The notes: a model not told the origin generated them from the sequence alone. 62,775 nucleotides of DNA, filler included, from Choristocarpus tenellus KU-1152 (GCA_964200185.2; 11 parts of 11 records of this genome joined end to end with filler, not necessarily neighbours in it), one strand, 5' to 3'; counted from the first letter of the whole stretch, positions 1 through 12,377 are shown. Made by a program: numbers and translations.

Positions 1-1324
1 TCTTTGGTCAAAGGTTGAGGATGAAGGGGGTGGCGTCGTTGCAAACTATGCCCCCCTCAGGGTCACCCCCCACCCAGTCCAGCTTGACTCTTCCCTCCCC
101 TTGAACGTAATCTTATTCTATCCGTACGGTTTGTTAGCATCAGCGGGTTCTAGGCCATAGCCGTGTGCTGACCCCTGTCCTGGACAAGTTGAAGGAGTTG
201 ACAGTCATGGACTGGTCTTGTTAGTATACATTGGAACCAGGCCGACCTGCGGGCCCAGTCACACTGAAATACTTATCAGACATCAGAACATATTGGTACT
301 GGGCTGGCCCACAGCCCGGACAATTTGAAAGAGTTGGCGGCCATCATGGATCAAAATTATTTTTGATGGACCAGTGTGGTGATCAGTGATTTGGTCAATA
401 TGATTAAAACATGCTTTAACAATCTCAAATACCCGTGGGAATGTCCGTAATTTAATGTCTTCACAACAATACTTCCCATAATTTGTAGTAAAATTTGACC
501 ATACCGTCATCTTCGTAATGTTGATGTTAACGAGACGAGTGAAAGATACTTTGGCTCAGACTACAGGCTATCCTACAACCCAAATGCGGTTTCAGCCTCC
601 GACAGCCCTGGTCCAGAGATGTTAGAAAACATTGGAATCTGTCTGGCCTGTGGGTAGGACAGGTTCCAATACTTGGTGGACTTGATCCGAACATTTCAGA
701 AAATATTGGAACCGTCTGGTCTGCAGACTGGTCTGTTCGCATTTAGCCCGGCTTGATGAAAGACCTGGAAAGTGATGATAGGGTTTTATTGAGGTGCACC
801 TGATGCATGTGAGCATGCCTGCTGTTGTGTTCTATCTCAAGTTGCTACACATGGTGGGGACGGGCTTGGCATCCTTCCTGTCAGTGACGTACCACTTTCC
901 CCCTTCATTTCGTAGAAGAAGTTTTTCTACAAGTGGGGTGTGATACTTCGGATTAGGGTCAGGGTTTGCAATGAGTCTGGTGCCAGGTTCCTGGGAAAGA
1001 TCAAAGTTTATTGAATATTTGTGTAATGTATGTATCACACCAGTCTCATTGAAGAAGGGACTGGTGGCTCATATGATGGACCCTATCAGCATCCAAAATG
1101 ATGAAGGACCCTGCGAGGACCTTTGCAAAGGGCTGTGTGGTCGCTTTGAGGTTGGCACCATGGCGTATAATGTTAAAATCTGTGATTTATTGACACCATT
1201 TCTGTTGAACATGGGCCCCCGTTTCGGAGAAGGACTGGATCATGGTCTCCCTCTTGATATGGCTATATACTTTCCCCGTCCAATGCGTAAAAAAATTGCA
1301 TTTCCATATAGTCCCAAGTACTTG

Positions 1325-2270
1325 CTTGGTCCCAAACATCATATTAGTCCCTACTACCAGATTACTAAATTGGTCCCCACTACCACAATGGTCCTAATAC
1401 CACATTGGTCTCCAATATCACATTGGTCCTTAACACCACTTTGGTCCCTAGCGCTTGCCTTGGTCCATACTACCTTGGTCCATCATACCACCTTTGTCCC
1501 CACTACCTCCTTGGTAGCTACTACCAACTTGGTACCTCATACCACCGACATTACCTTGATCCTTACCTCTTATCTTAGACACCTACCACCATCTTTGTCC
1601 CTAGTACGACCTTGGCTCCAACTACTACCTTGATCCCTACTACCACTTTAATCCTTAATACCCACTTGGGTCCCTACCACCACCTTCGTCCCTAACACTA
1701 CGTTGATGCCTAACACTTGCCTTGGTCTTTCATACTACCTTGACCATCATACCACCTTCATCCCCGCTACCTCTTTGGTACCTCATACCATCGAGTGAAA
1801 GTATCTTAGAGGGTACGAGTTTTCTCTGTTTGTTTGTCCATTTGGGGCTTGGCTTCCCATGGTATTTTTATGACATTTTTACCTACTCCAAAATGTTTTG
1901 TATATGTCATGAAAAGGTGTATGGACGCGGCTCTACCCTCTCAGATACTTTGACTCATCGACATGACCGTGGTCCTTATCTCTATCTTGGTCCCCTAGCA
2001 CCATCTTCGTCCCTAGTATCACTTTGGCCCCAACTACCACCTTGGTCCCTATTCCCACCTTGGTCCCTACTACCACTCTGGTCCCTACCACCCCCTTCGG
2101 CGCCTACCACCACCTTGGTCCCTAATACTACGTTGGTCCCTAGCACTTGCCTTGGTCCTTCATAGTACCTTTGTCCATCATACTACCTTTATACCCACTA
2201 CCTCCTTGGCCCCAACTAACAGCTAGATCTCTACTATCACCTTGGTCCCCACAATCGCCTTGATATCTAG
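1325..2270. repeat. Degenerate ~19-bp tandem minisatellite (consensus ~CCACCTTGGTCCCTACTAC), interrupted by a MITE; same unit recurs at ~4660-4790
   Basis: Dozens of ttggtccc/accacc units visible; the ORFs here (971..1633, 1722..2165) are low-complexity translations of the repeat. Confidence 0.85.
1793..1956 (+). mobile_element. MITE family A, internally deleted copy
   Basis: TIRs GAGTGAAAGTATCTTAGAGGGTA ... TACCCTCTCAGATACTTTGACTC; flanked by atc/atc. Confidence 0.85.
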
Positions 2271-4905
2271 TACAAAATTGGTCATACAACTTCACGATTG
2301 TGGATACGCCATTCTCCGCTGAAGCAAACATATGCTACAAGACGATGAGATAGCGGGGTCTCACAAAAGGGGTTGAAATATTTGATATGATTATATGGAG
2401 CTCAAATATTTTCTTCCCATATATTATTATCTTTGCTTCTTGGGGAAGAACAAAAGTTCTGTAACTTTCAAGACTTCGGAGCCTTGACCATTGAAGGCCG
2501 CACACAATGCAGGGAGCCAACAGAGATGGATTTCGACAGGGCTAAATGTTGCAGTGAGAATATGTTGGTCCTGCACTGTAATGATTAGTATGGAGTTGGG
2601 GGTGGCAACGTGATGGCCATCTTTGTGCCTTCCCTCAGAAAGCGTTAGAAAAAGTGTGATGCATACATTACATAATCCTAAGATTTCGTAGGGTAGTCAT
2701 CCTTTCAGCTAAGGCAGATGCTTTACACGCACCATTACCAGATTATGCTCCAGTCCAAGGCCGTGGAGTTGGGAGAGATAAAAAGAACCTCATCTGGAAT
2801 CAGAATCTTGTACATGTTCAATCCCTATATCGTTTCTAAATCGTCTTAAAGAGAAGGTAGCGTCACAAACACCAGCTCAGATTTCGTTGCGGTTGATTGA
2901 AGTGAATTTCCTGCTTCCACACTCTGCGTGTTCCTCCCATTTTGGTTTGTAGCCAGCGCAAAGGTACAATTGCTGACCGTCCCAACGTTGACGGCTCCTT
3001 AGACCTCTCTCTACAGATGCCTAGTACATCTTTACCGCCAGGTCATCTGTGAGGTGTTGGGAAAAGCATGCATGCATGCCATGGTCAGCCGCTCCACTCA
3101 TAATTGCCATCCTCTAGACAAGGCCTCTCTCTACACAACAGGAGTGGCGAGTTGGTGATTTCTCATACTTTTTTAGGCATTTGAAATTCACATCAGTAAT
3201 TCAGAATTCGGTCGCGGGAATATGTTGGGGGTAGGAGGGGGAGGAAGCACGAGGTAGGAAGAAACGGAGTATAGAAAATTTCGGTTTGGGTAAGAAAGTT
3301 CTATACTCCTTGTAAGGAGATGGACAGGCGCAGTTTGTATGGAATAGTTTTGAGAGGTGATGGTGAAAGTCATTGTGCCTAAGTTCTTTCCATCACCCAT
3401 CCAGATTTTGAGGCCACTTACCGTAGAGTTATCGGTGCCGACCGGTTCAAGGAGTGTCCTGTCCTCTATGTCATCATGGGGCATGATGTGTATACCGGGA
3501 TCCGTCATTTCCACCTTAATTGCAGGGAAATTTATTACTAGCTCGCCCTCTTCATGTGTCCGATAGTCGTTACTACTTCCACTAACAATGGGAACCAATT
3601 CTCTCCCCAATAAATCTAGGATTATTTTGACCTGAGGGACGAATAAGATGGCACTGGGTTTGCACTACCTGCGTTCTCCTCCAGTACCCAACAGCGATTA
3701 TCCTGGAAGAATGAGCCAATAGATGAATACGGAAAATTTCGATTAGAAACGGGACAAAATTTTGCAGATTTGATGAGAGCTTATTGAAGAAATAGGATTA
3801 TTCCCTCAGAGAGGAAAATGCCACTGACGAGATATCTACAAGCATTCTGAAAGCGAATGGTTACGGGACAACACTAACACTACTTCTAGGTCTGGTGGTA
3901 AGGGCCAAAGTAATTGAGACGTAGGCAGGGTTGCATTATAAGGATCCCAACAAATGCCCAAAACACGCCCTTTTGTACAACCAGTGCAGAAAGGACCTTG
4001 TGAGTTGTGGAGTAATTTGTGTGGAAAGAGGGAATTTAAATCTGCAGACACCACTAAGAATGTAGACCATTTACATAGGGTGTATTACATGTGGTAAGAA
4101 AAATGGTTTGAATGAAACAGGGTCAAATCCTTTCTACCTCTCAATTACTTTTACTCTACAACCAAGCCTCGGGTACAGATAACGTGAGATTCGGCTGCTT
4201 GTGTTGGGATGGTTTGTGCCTTTTTGGACCTGCGAATATGCCAAGGTAGAACGAGGAAATTTCCAGTTTCCTGCTCCTCTTGGCCACTACACCTTAGCAC
4301 GTAGCTTAGGCTCCAGCTCTTGATCTAGGGAGTTCTCAACTCGGAAGCATGTGAAGTCAGGTACACTGTCACTCAAGTGAAACCAATGATGGAAATTCAG
4401 GATGACTTATTTGTGCATGATCCCAAGCCAACTAGGAGATCTCTTTGTATGGCATTAACAACAAGATATTTCCCTTCATCCGCACTGCCTCTCGCACCAC
4501 CAGCTTCTCCATCGTCGTTTCAATCGTCGCAGCCCCAGCCAGGAGTAAAATCTTGTATCTTCTCCGCCAACAAGTGCTTGGAGGCTGAAATATCTTCATA
4601 CCCGTCAGATCCTAATGTGTACTGGTGATCATTCCACAACTTCTCCTATCCTACCACGTCCCCCCCTACTATCACCTTAGTTCCTACCCACTACTTTGTA
4701 CCTCTACCACCTCGGTACTTCCACCACCTTGGCCCCTAGTACCACCATCGTCCCCCAATCACCTTGGTCCCTAGCACCAGCTCCTTGTGCCGCGCTAAAT
4801 CGCACCACTGCGAACTTCGTGATCTTTTAAAAATGTTGAGGGGGTAAGGAGGGGTCTGACCAACTGAAATACATTCGTTTTTTCCGACCTCTTGAAAAAC
4901 ACAGA

Positions 4906-5168
4906 GAGTCAAAGCGAACGAGAGGTACCCCACAGTTGCTCTTATTATGGATGCTGACAAATATGTGCAAAATTTGTCTATTTTTCCAAATGTGTGTACG
5001 ATACTTTCTGCATTGTATGAATTTTTTCAAACAATAGAGAAATCAACATTCTCAAGTCAAACTTAGCACTTCATCCAAAGAAATAAGGGTGAATTGCAAA
5101 AGATAAAAAAAAACTGGCTAAATATGCAAAACGGCCAACAAGTGGGTACCACTAGTTTACTTTGGCTC
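4906..5168 (+). mobile_element. MITE family B (~260 bp)
   Basis: TIRs GAGTCAAAGCGAACGAGAGGTACC ... GGTACCACTAGTTTACTTTGGCTC; flanks aga/aga; homologous to 6224, 15140, 26057, 59397 copies. Confidence 0.85.
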
Positions 5169-5329
5169 AGAGGTAGAGGGAAGGGTGTTATATAGTAGTA
5201 TATGACTGTTTCACTAAGGCAGAGTGGCTCGCGTCTCCCCTTGAGCCCATCCCTGGACCCTTCTCTCTCTCTATCTTTATCCTCCCGTTCTAAGGAGTTG
5301 GGAATTAGGTCCAGTTGGGATTGGATCCC

Positions 5330-5588
5330 GAGTCAAAGTATCTTAGAGGGTAGACTCGCGTCCATTTGGGGTCAAAATCCAATTTTGCGATTTTGATGTA
5401 ATTTTGACTATCGTGTTTGTTATTAATTGTCAGTATCCTTGTACCAAATACACCTTTTCATAAATTAAACATTTCACGTACTCCGAAACATTTCTGAGTT
5501 GGAAAAATGTCATAAAAAAACTTGTGGGAAGCCAAGCCCCAGATGGACAAACAGGGCAAAACCCGTAAACTCTAAGATACTTTCACTC
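5330..5588 (-). mobile_element. MITE family A (~257 bp)
   Basis: GAGTCAAAGTATCTTAGAGGGTAG ... CTCTAAGATACTTTCACTC; internal match to other A copies; no clean TSD. Confidence 0.85.
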
Positions 5589-6223
5589 TTCCCCAACCCC
5601 CGATTCTGTGAAACACTGGGGCAGTTCAAAGGTTGTGGGATCGAATCCTGGCTGGACCGCTTTCCCGACTCCCTATGGTGGGAGGATATAGAGTGAGCGG
5701 GGGGTCCAGGGATGGGCTCATAGGTAATGCAAAGATTGAGATGACTACTCAGGGAGAAAGCATAGTTTGTGGGGCGATGGTTCATGGATTAGGCAGGGTG
5801 GGTTCCCAGCCTATGATTCTGTCATACGGGTAAAATATCCGTGCTTCATGAGTAGGCAAAGCTACTATTATTATTATCTTATTATGCTGTGCCACACATA
5901 TAGGAACTTGTTGGGGGTCTGTACAGTGATTCGAGACGAGATGAGCAGTTTTGTGAGAGAAGGATGTATTTTTGGGGATCAATAAAGCATTTCCAGGCTC
6001 TACTGAAGGCCAAATTGGTCGAGCTTGACCCCATTATCACCAACTCCCTCGAACCGTTGCACCTTCACATACACTCCTTAACGAGTTACATTAGGGGAGG
6101 TGAATAACACCACACATGCTTTTGCAAACAAAAAGGTCGTGGGGTCAAATACTCTCCTCCCAGTACCCACCCTCCTTCTTAGTAGGTGCTCACTACTATG
6201 CCAACCAATTGGATCGTTACAAA

Positions 6224-6487
6224 GAGTCAAAGTAAACGAGAGGTAACCAGGGCTGTATTTGAAGGATGCCCACAAATATATGCCAAAATCGGCTTTTTAT
6301 ACAAATTTGTGTTACGGGTTTTTTCTGACTTACGTCAAAACTTTCAAATAGTAGAGAAATCGTATATCTGAAGTCAATCTCAGCACTTCATCCATAGAAA
6401 TAATGGTGAACTGCAAAGGATGGAAAAGGTGGCTAAAAATGCAAAACAGCCAAAACCTGGGTACCTACCTCTCGTTTACTTTTACTC
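6224..6487 (+). mobile_element. MITE family B
   Basis: GAGTCAAAGTAAACGAGAGGTA ... TACCTCTCGTTTACTTTTACTC. Confidence 0.85.
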
Positions 6488-6851
6488 ACCTTAATATGCT
6501 GAAAGAATCAAGGACCATTTTCTCGGCATCAATTTACTTTACAACTTGGCAACAAAGAAGCATGGGTAGCCAACCAAAAAATTCTGGAGGATTCTGTCCT
6601 CTAAGCGCGCGCACACACACATCATGCACACAAAGCCTCCAAATCCCCACATAATTACTTGTTGGGTTTAGCCTAACTTAACTCAGTAGTAGAGTTGGAC
6701 CTCCAAACATCAATCAATGCAGAGAGAATTCATGTCGTTACAGATGGAAGAAGCGTCGAAGTCAATAGAGTCTACATGCCCAACAGAAGAAAGCGTAAAG
6801 TAATTTGGACCCATCTGGGGGGGAGGGGGGGGGGCTACACCAAAGTGTCCA

Positions 6852-6951
6852 NNNNNNNNNNNNNNNNNNNNNNNNNNNNNNNNNNNNNNNNNNNNTTAAT
6901 TAATTAANNNNNNNNNNNNNNNNNNNNNNNNNNNNNNNNNNNNNNNNNNNN
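6852..6951. other. Artificial 100-bp contig linker (N44-TTAATTAATTAA-N44); also at 14358, 18695, 25319, 35803, 40215, 46160, 49764, 53409, 56318
   Basis: Identical N-flanked six-frame-stop linker occurs 10 times. Confidence 0.98.
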
Positions 6952-6987
<36 letters not shown>

Positions 6988-7431
6988 CGACGGAAGGTTA
7001 CCATGATCAGGTAGTAGGAATTTTCCTGGAAAAATCTACAGAAAAAAAAAGAAGATAGTTCGAGCAAGCGGAATGGCTGGACGATGGATGTGGAGCAGCT
7101 ACCTCAAGGCGTCCCCACCCTTGTGTGGTATCTTTACGAGGGATTGCATCCAAACTCGACCAGAGGCAACATCAACATTTCTTCCTCTTTTTTTTTGTGT
7201 GTGTGTATGTGTGTGTGTGTGTGTGTAGCACATTGCAAGGCCAACACCGCTGGCACCAACACCACTAGAATCCACCAAAATCCAAGCACGAACGGTTCCT
7301 TGTCTCATTTCGCATCCGTAGCGACAAGCCACCTACCTGCACCTAACTAACTTCAACACTAACTTCTGTGACAGCACGATGAATCAGTGCAGCTCAGACA
7401 CAAATCACGGGCAGCGAGCGAGTGGCGCCTA

Positions 7432-7640
7432 AGTTATATACCTTATATATACCTTATATATACCTTACATATACCTTATATATACCTTATATATACCTTA
7501 CATATACCTTACATATACCTTATATATACCTTATATATACCTTACATATACCTTACATATACCTTACATATACCTTATATATACCTTATATATACCTTAT
7601 ATATACCTTATATATACCTTATATATACCTTACATATACC
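7432..7640. repeat. 11-bp tandem repeat (TA(T/C)ATATACCT)n, followed by (GA)n at ~7665-7696
   Basis: About 19 units read directly. Confidence 0.95.
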
Positions 7641-7661
7641 CCTGTGCCAGATTCCTTTTTG

Positions 7662-7699
<38 letters not shown>

Positions 7700-8122
7700 C
7701 CCCTCACCGTCATTCATTCGTTCAGCTCTCCTCAAAAAAATAAAAAAATAAAAAATAAGAACAAAAAAGATTGGACCATATGCAAGCGGCGCTTCGCTTC
7801 AAAACAAAATAAAACCCATTCGTCATCTTACCGCTCACAAGATAAAAAATGAAAAATAAAAAGGTTTTTTTTTTCAAAGCGGGATATAATGCTGAGAGAG
7901 CCCACAAGCTCCCACCAAAAAGAAAGAAAGAAAAAAAATTCTCGCTTCTGTTTCTTCTTCTTCGTGTGATGCGATACGCGCTAGTAGCACCTAGAAAAAA
8001 ACCAAAACAACCAAAAAAAAACAAGACTTGCCGCAAAAAAGTTACTTCAAAAAAAAAATGTACAACTTTGGCGGTGCATCCAATGACTGAAGACATCGAT
8101 AAACTTGAAAAAAAAAAAATAC

Positions 8123-8279
8123 CTTTGGCAGTGCATCCAATGACTGAAGATGTCGATAAACATGAGCAAAATGAACGCAAAAGACTCCCTGCGGCCGTAG
8201 AGCCTTGATAGAACCAAGAGCAGACCTGCAGTGGAGCACCTGTCGGTGACCATGTCAAGAACACACCCAAACCGAGATG
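8123..8279 (-). CDS. PIS1: Phosphatidylinositol synthase exon 4 (ASRFGCVLDMVTDRCSTAGLLLVLSRLY...FIDIFSHWMHCQ)
   Basis: Second half of the CDP-alcohol phosphotransferase motif (G..LD...DR) plus the PIS-typical DI.SHW.H; AG/GT borders in phase with exon 3. Confidence 0.9.
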
Positions 8280-9024
8280 CTGTCCCATCCATCCGGATCC
8301 AAGAGAGCCAGTCAATAAACAGGATAAGTCCAAAACCAACAATTTTGATTGGATTGGATTGGATTGGATTGCCATGTGTAGAGGGGTCTTCATCGTAACA
8401 GCCTTGGTCAGAAAAGAGACAAACCAACTCCTAACCCTAAGCCTTAATTTGCGAAGAAACATCAGAGTCAACGAGGTAAAGTGTTGCCAACAACGGGAGG
8501 GACTAACCCTAACCCTAAACACAACTAACTTCACGCATAGCGTATGGGTTTCTTCGAAGGTTGGGTCAGGCGTTTTGCTCTTACAAAGCAGTTACTCCTT
8601 CCTACTTTCAACAATATTTTTGTTCTCTGGAACAAGATCACTCTTGCTATTATAAGAAGGCATACTACACAGATAAAGACAACAACATGAACTATCTTGA
8701 TGGGATCTACAGGACAACAGAATTACACTCACTCATCTTTGTCCACCATTACATTGGCTCCTGCCGGAAGGCATTGTGAAGCAGAACCCCCCCTTAACCC
8801 ATCCCTGAATGAAAATGTTGGCCCGCAGCAGGTGTTTCATGTGTAGACTAGATACACAACGGCACTTACATCCTCTTCAGCTTAGGTACTATTTTAAGAA
8901 ATATAGCACTGCTCAAAATATCCATCCAGGAAGGGCAACATATTCCAGCAGTGACCCCCAATCAACAAGAGGTCCTTAATCCAAGGTAAATATAGGGTTC
9001 AGTGTCAATGTGAGGTGTACTCAC

Positions 9025-9095
9025 CCTGGTTGAACTTTCTCGCCACGAGGCCATCCATTGCATCACCAAGAAATGCCGTCAAGTAGCACAGTGAG
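9025..9095 (-). CDS. PIS1: Phosphatidylinositol synthase exon 3 (SLCYLTAFLGDAMDGLVARKFNQ)
   Basis: D..DG..AR..NQ motif; tctag acceptor, gtgag donor. Confidence 0.9.
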
Positions 9096-9454
9096 CTAGA
9101 GATAAAGAAATCGTGGAGGAACCCGGCATTGGGAGAGGGATGTTTAGGTGGATACAGTGGTTTTTGAGATTGTTATTGATGCAACCTAGGACGGACGTTA
9201 TATGATGCATTGTATCAGAATACATCTATGTATGTATTCCACTCTGTGAGACTTTGGGGTGTGTGTACAGAGACTAAAGATGAAATATCAACCCTTGATT
9301 TCGAACACATGAGAATCGCCTTGCTAACGATAGTTGGTGACTGTTTGTTTCCCACTCCCTGAATCGTGTACAATAGTGAAGCAAAATATCTTAGAAGCTG
9401 TGAGCAGAGAAATCTGTCGCATCCTCGCGAGTTAAGGGGCAGCTCTCCCCCTAC

Positions 9455-9518
9455 CTTACCCTCCAGTTGATTTCAGCAAAGTAGAAACTGGAGAGGACCA
9501 AGGCCACCCGCGCATACC
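9455..9518 (-). CDS. PIS1: Phosphatidylinositol synthase exon 2 (GYARVALVLSSFYFAEINWRVS)
   Basis: Continues PNLIG-YAR; cag acceptor; only the GTAGGG donor at 9454 keeps the frame. Confidence 0.85.
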
Positions 9519-9768
9519 CTGTTGGGGGTGGGATATTTAGCGGAGGGGATGGCAAGCACAGCAGAAGACACACGGGGAAAGGTGGTGCACGTGTCGTTCT
9601 AAAATCTAGAGCATTTCTCCTTCAACGCCTGAGGACATGCCTCTACTTCTACTGGCTATCATGGTCCAACCTGGTGCCAAGCAAACGCTGTTGTGGGCAC
9701 TTGACTGCTGGAGGGCTACCACCAGGAAACAGACTATATCTTTGTTGCAATGCAGTCCCTCCACTGAC

Positions 9769-10132
9769 CGATCAAGTTTGGGTAGAAGAGAAGGACTTCC
9801 CGCCTAGGCGCAACGACCAACAAGTCTCGCAGGTCCTGTTCGCTGTCATGATGGGTCGGAAGGTGGAAACCCCCAGTATCAGTATTTTCACCGCCACCCC
9901 CTCTCCCCCTGAGCACTTTATCCACTTCGTCCGAGATGTATTTCAGCCGGGAGGGACGTTTCCCCAATCGCCATGGTGCCGATCGCCTTTGGTTGTTGGT
10001 TCCTGTAGAATGCCAGGAACTGCTGAGTCCTGTCCTAAAGCTTGCCGGGAAGGCTTGATCCCATGCGTTTTTTCCCCACACCACAGAGGAGAAAGATAAT
10101 CCCACCCATAGCAACAAAGATCTGTAGTGCAT
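9769..10132 (-). CDS. PIS1: Phosphatidylinositol synthase exon 1, with N-terminal extension ending ...EVLLFYPNLIG
   Basis: VLLFYPNLIG is the conserved PIS start; gtcagt donor in phase 1; start ATG is the ORF-track ATG and is unverified. Confidence 0.8.
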
Positions 10133-10422
10133 CGCTTCTCAGAATCTTCTCAACCCGCCCGTTCCAATCTCAACAGCAAGGTTGTTGAAGTGGTGTTGTT
10201 GAGTAATTTCGAAATCGAAACTCCCGTTCCCTAACCCTATCAAGGAATACTTTGGGAGGAACACAGACCACACAGAATGAACGACGATTGGATTTTTATT
10301 TTCTATCATCAAACCAAAAAAAGCCCTCACCACACAAGGTTCACAGTATGTAACTTTGGCGACATGCACAACTCTTGCATCCATCTGCGCTGGAGGCCGC
10401 ATCCACGAATACCAAGGCATCA
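10133..10422. promoter_or_regulatory. Putative bidirectional promoter between PIS and SUA5
   Basis: 290 bp between divergent ATGs (10132 minus, 10423 plus); inferred from geometry only. Confidence 0.5.
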
Positions 10423-11525
10423 ATGACACATTCTCAGGTGAAAGAACTGGTGGCTGCTACGGTTGAAGAGAGAACACCCATTTGTAATGCCGTTGTGCAC
10501 CCCCCAACGGCAGAAGGTATATCCTCAGCAGCAGAATGTTTGCGAAGGGGGGACCTGGTGGCCTTTCCAACTGAAACTGTCTATGGACTCGGGGCCGATG
10601 CGAGGGATGAGGCTGCTGTTCGGCGCATTTTCGCCGTCAAAGGTCGACCACTCACAGACCCTCTGATCGTTCACGTCCCAACCCCAGAGGCTGCCCTAGA
10701 ATTGCTGCAAATTGAAGGTGAGGGCCTCACAGTATTCCGGCTGCTTGCTGAGCAATTCTGGCCAGGGGCCCTAACCCTTGTCGGTAAAGCTAAGGAAATC
10801 CTGCCCATGTGCGTCACAGCTGGGACTGGGTTTGTCGGAGTGCGATGCCCTTCTCATCCTATAGCTCAGCAGCTTCTGCGCATTAGTGGAGTCCCAATCG
10901 CCGCCCCCAGTGCTAACAGGTTTGGCCACGTCAGTCCTACTACTGCGCAACATGTACTAAATGACCTTGGTGGTGCTTTCATTGGGGTTCTCGATGGTGA
11001 CCATCAAGGTGCGGGATCGGGGGATTTTAAGCAATCGACCACCTGCGAGCTAGGCATCGAGTCCACAGTGTGTAAAGTGGACAGCGAACGACAGCGCATT
11101 CTGCTATATCGGAGAGGGGCGGTCAGTCGCCGCTCCATAGAGAAGGCCTTGGAAGCGTCTGGTCATGCTCACTTTGTCGTGGAGGTTTGCCAAAAGATCA
11201 TCAAACCATCAATGACAGACTCGGCAGGTCACCCTAAGGATATTTTTAGAGGCAACGATGGTAATGATCAAGTGACTGCAGAGGGTCATCAAGCTCCAGG
11301 GCAGCTTATCAGTCATTATGCTCCAGACGTGCCTACCTTCATCCTACGAGTTACTGAACAGGGTGCTGTCGAAGCGAAGAGTGACGTCCAAGGACATGCT
11401 AATTCGAAAGGGGACACTGGTGATACTGCAGATGTGATGCTGACGAAGGCTATTGTCTTAGACTTCGGTAATAGACTATCATGGCTTGAGGGTCGATGCC
11501 TTGCCTACAGCAATCTATCGGCCAG
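10423..11525 (+). CDS. SUA5: Threonylcarbamoyl-AMP synthase (Sua5/YrdC) exon 1
   Basis: VAFPTETVYGLGA, KGRP..DPLIVH, FWPGALT, APSANRFG, GIESTV, APGQL..HYAP motifs; first in-frame ATG at 10423; AG|GTGAG donor. Confidence 0.93.
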
Positions 11526-12377
11526 GTGAGAAGATTTGAGGAGTTAAAACTGCTGTGCCAGGGGTTATCTTTTTTTTCGCAAGTACTGCGTGTGGAAGTC
11601 TCTTTGTGAATTGGTATACGCTATAGCCCCCCCGCCCCTACCACATTCAGTAATATGGTATTGAACACCAAAGCGAAAATACCAAGGAATTATTGCTCTG
11701 GCCCCGGGGGCAAATGTGGTCAGTGGATAAATGTGGAGACTTGTTCCCCCTTGTCCATTTTCCCCTAGCCCCCACTCCTGTCGGGCCGAGAGACCAGACA
11801 CCTTGGAAGATCAACAATAGTTGGGTCACGGTCGCCCTGGTGGGAGTTATTCTCACCTGACCAAAATGTGTCCCGTCTGCCATTGTCCTTAAGGCTGCTC
11901 ACCACCTCTTACGGGGGCTAGTGTGAGGTTAGGAGACCTGATTTTCAGTTGGGGGTGGGGATGGAGAGTTGATGCTTACATCATGTGGTGTTGTCTCTCT
12001 TCTTATCCTTGAATGATTGTAGTCAAGTACTTCTCATCTTACACACCTCCTGGGGAACCGGGTCACCACCCTGTCCATTGGGAGCATACGAGTCATAACA
12101 GTGGCACATTTGTAACAGCACATAAATGAAGCATATTTGTGTTTTTTGTTTTCACAGTCACCCCATGGCAGTTGTGTGGATGTGTTTGTTGGTTTGTTGG
12201 CTCTCATGGTGTAATTAATGTTGACCTCTGTACTCAACGCATCTCTATCAAATGCATTTTTTTTTTAATGGTAGTGATGGTTTTTCTTTTCAAACACTTG
12301 TGTCTTGTTTAGGTTGTATTCTTCTCCCATGTTCTACATTTTCCTGACAATGTGGGTTTTGTTTGTATCTGTGGCAG

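Noticed and set aside
1325-2270. Repeat array as a possible CRISPR, and ORFs 971..1633 and 1722..2165 as genes
   Set aside because: Contiguous degenerate units without unique spacers, no cas genes, eukaryotic context; the ORFs are repeat translations
6852-6951. Recurrent TTAATTAATTAA motif
   Set aside because: Artificial six-frame-stop linker inside N runs; not biological
7387-7743. IPYIYLIYTL-repeat ORFs
   Set aside because: Translation of the 11-bp tandem repeat
7722-8534. 270-aa minus-strand ORF
   Set aside because: Off-frame read-through of PIS exon 4 and intronic homopolymers
9085-9095. Apparent frameshift in PIS exon 3
   Set aside because: Resolved by using the second donor at 9454 in exon 2
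10375-10422. TTG start for SUA5 given in the ORF track
   Set aside because: Eukaryotic gene; first in-frame ATG is 10423, and the ORF-track stop at 11529 lies in the intron
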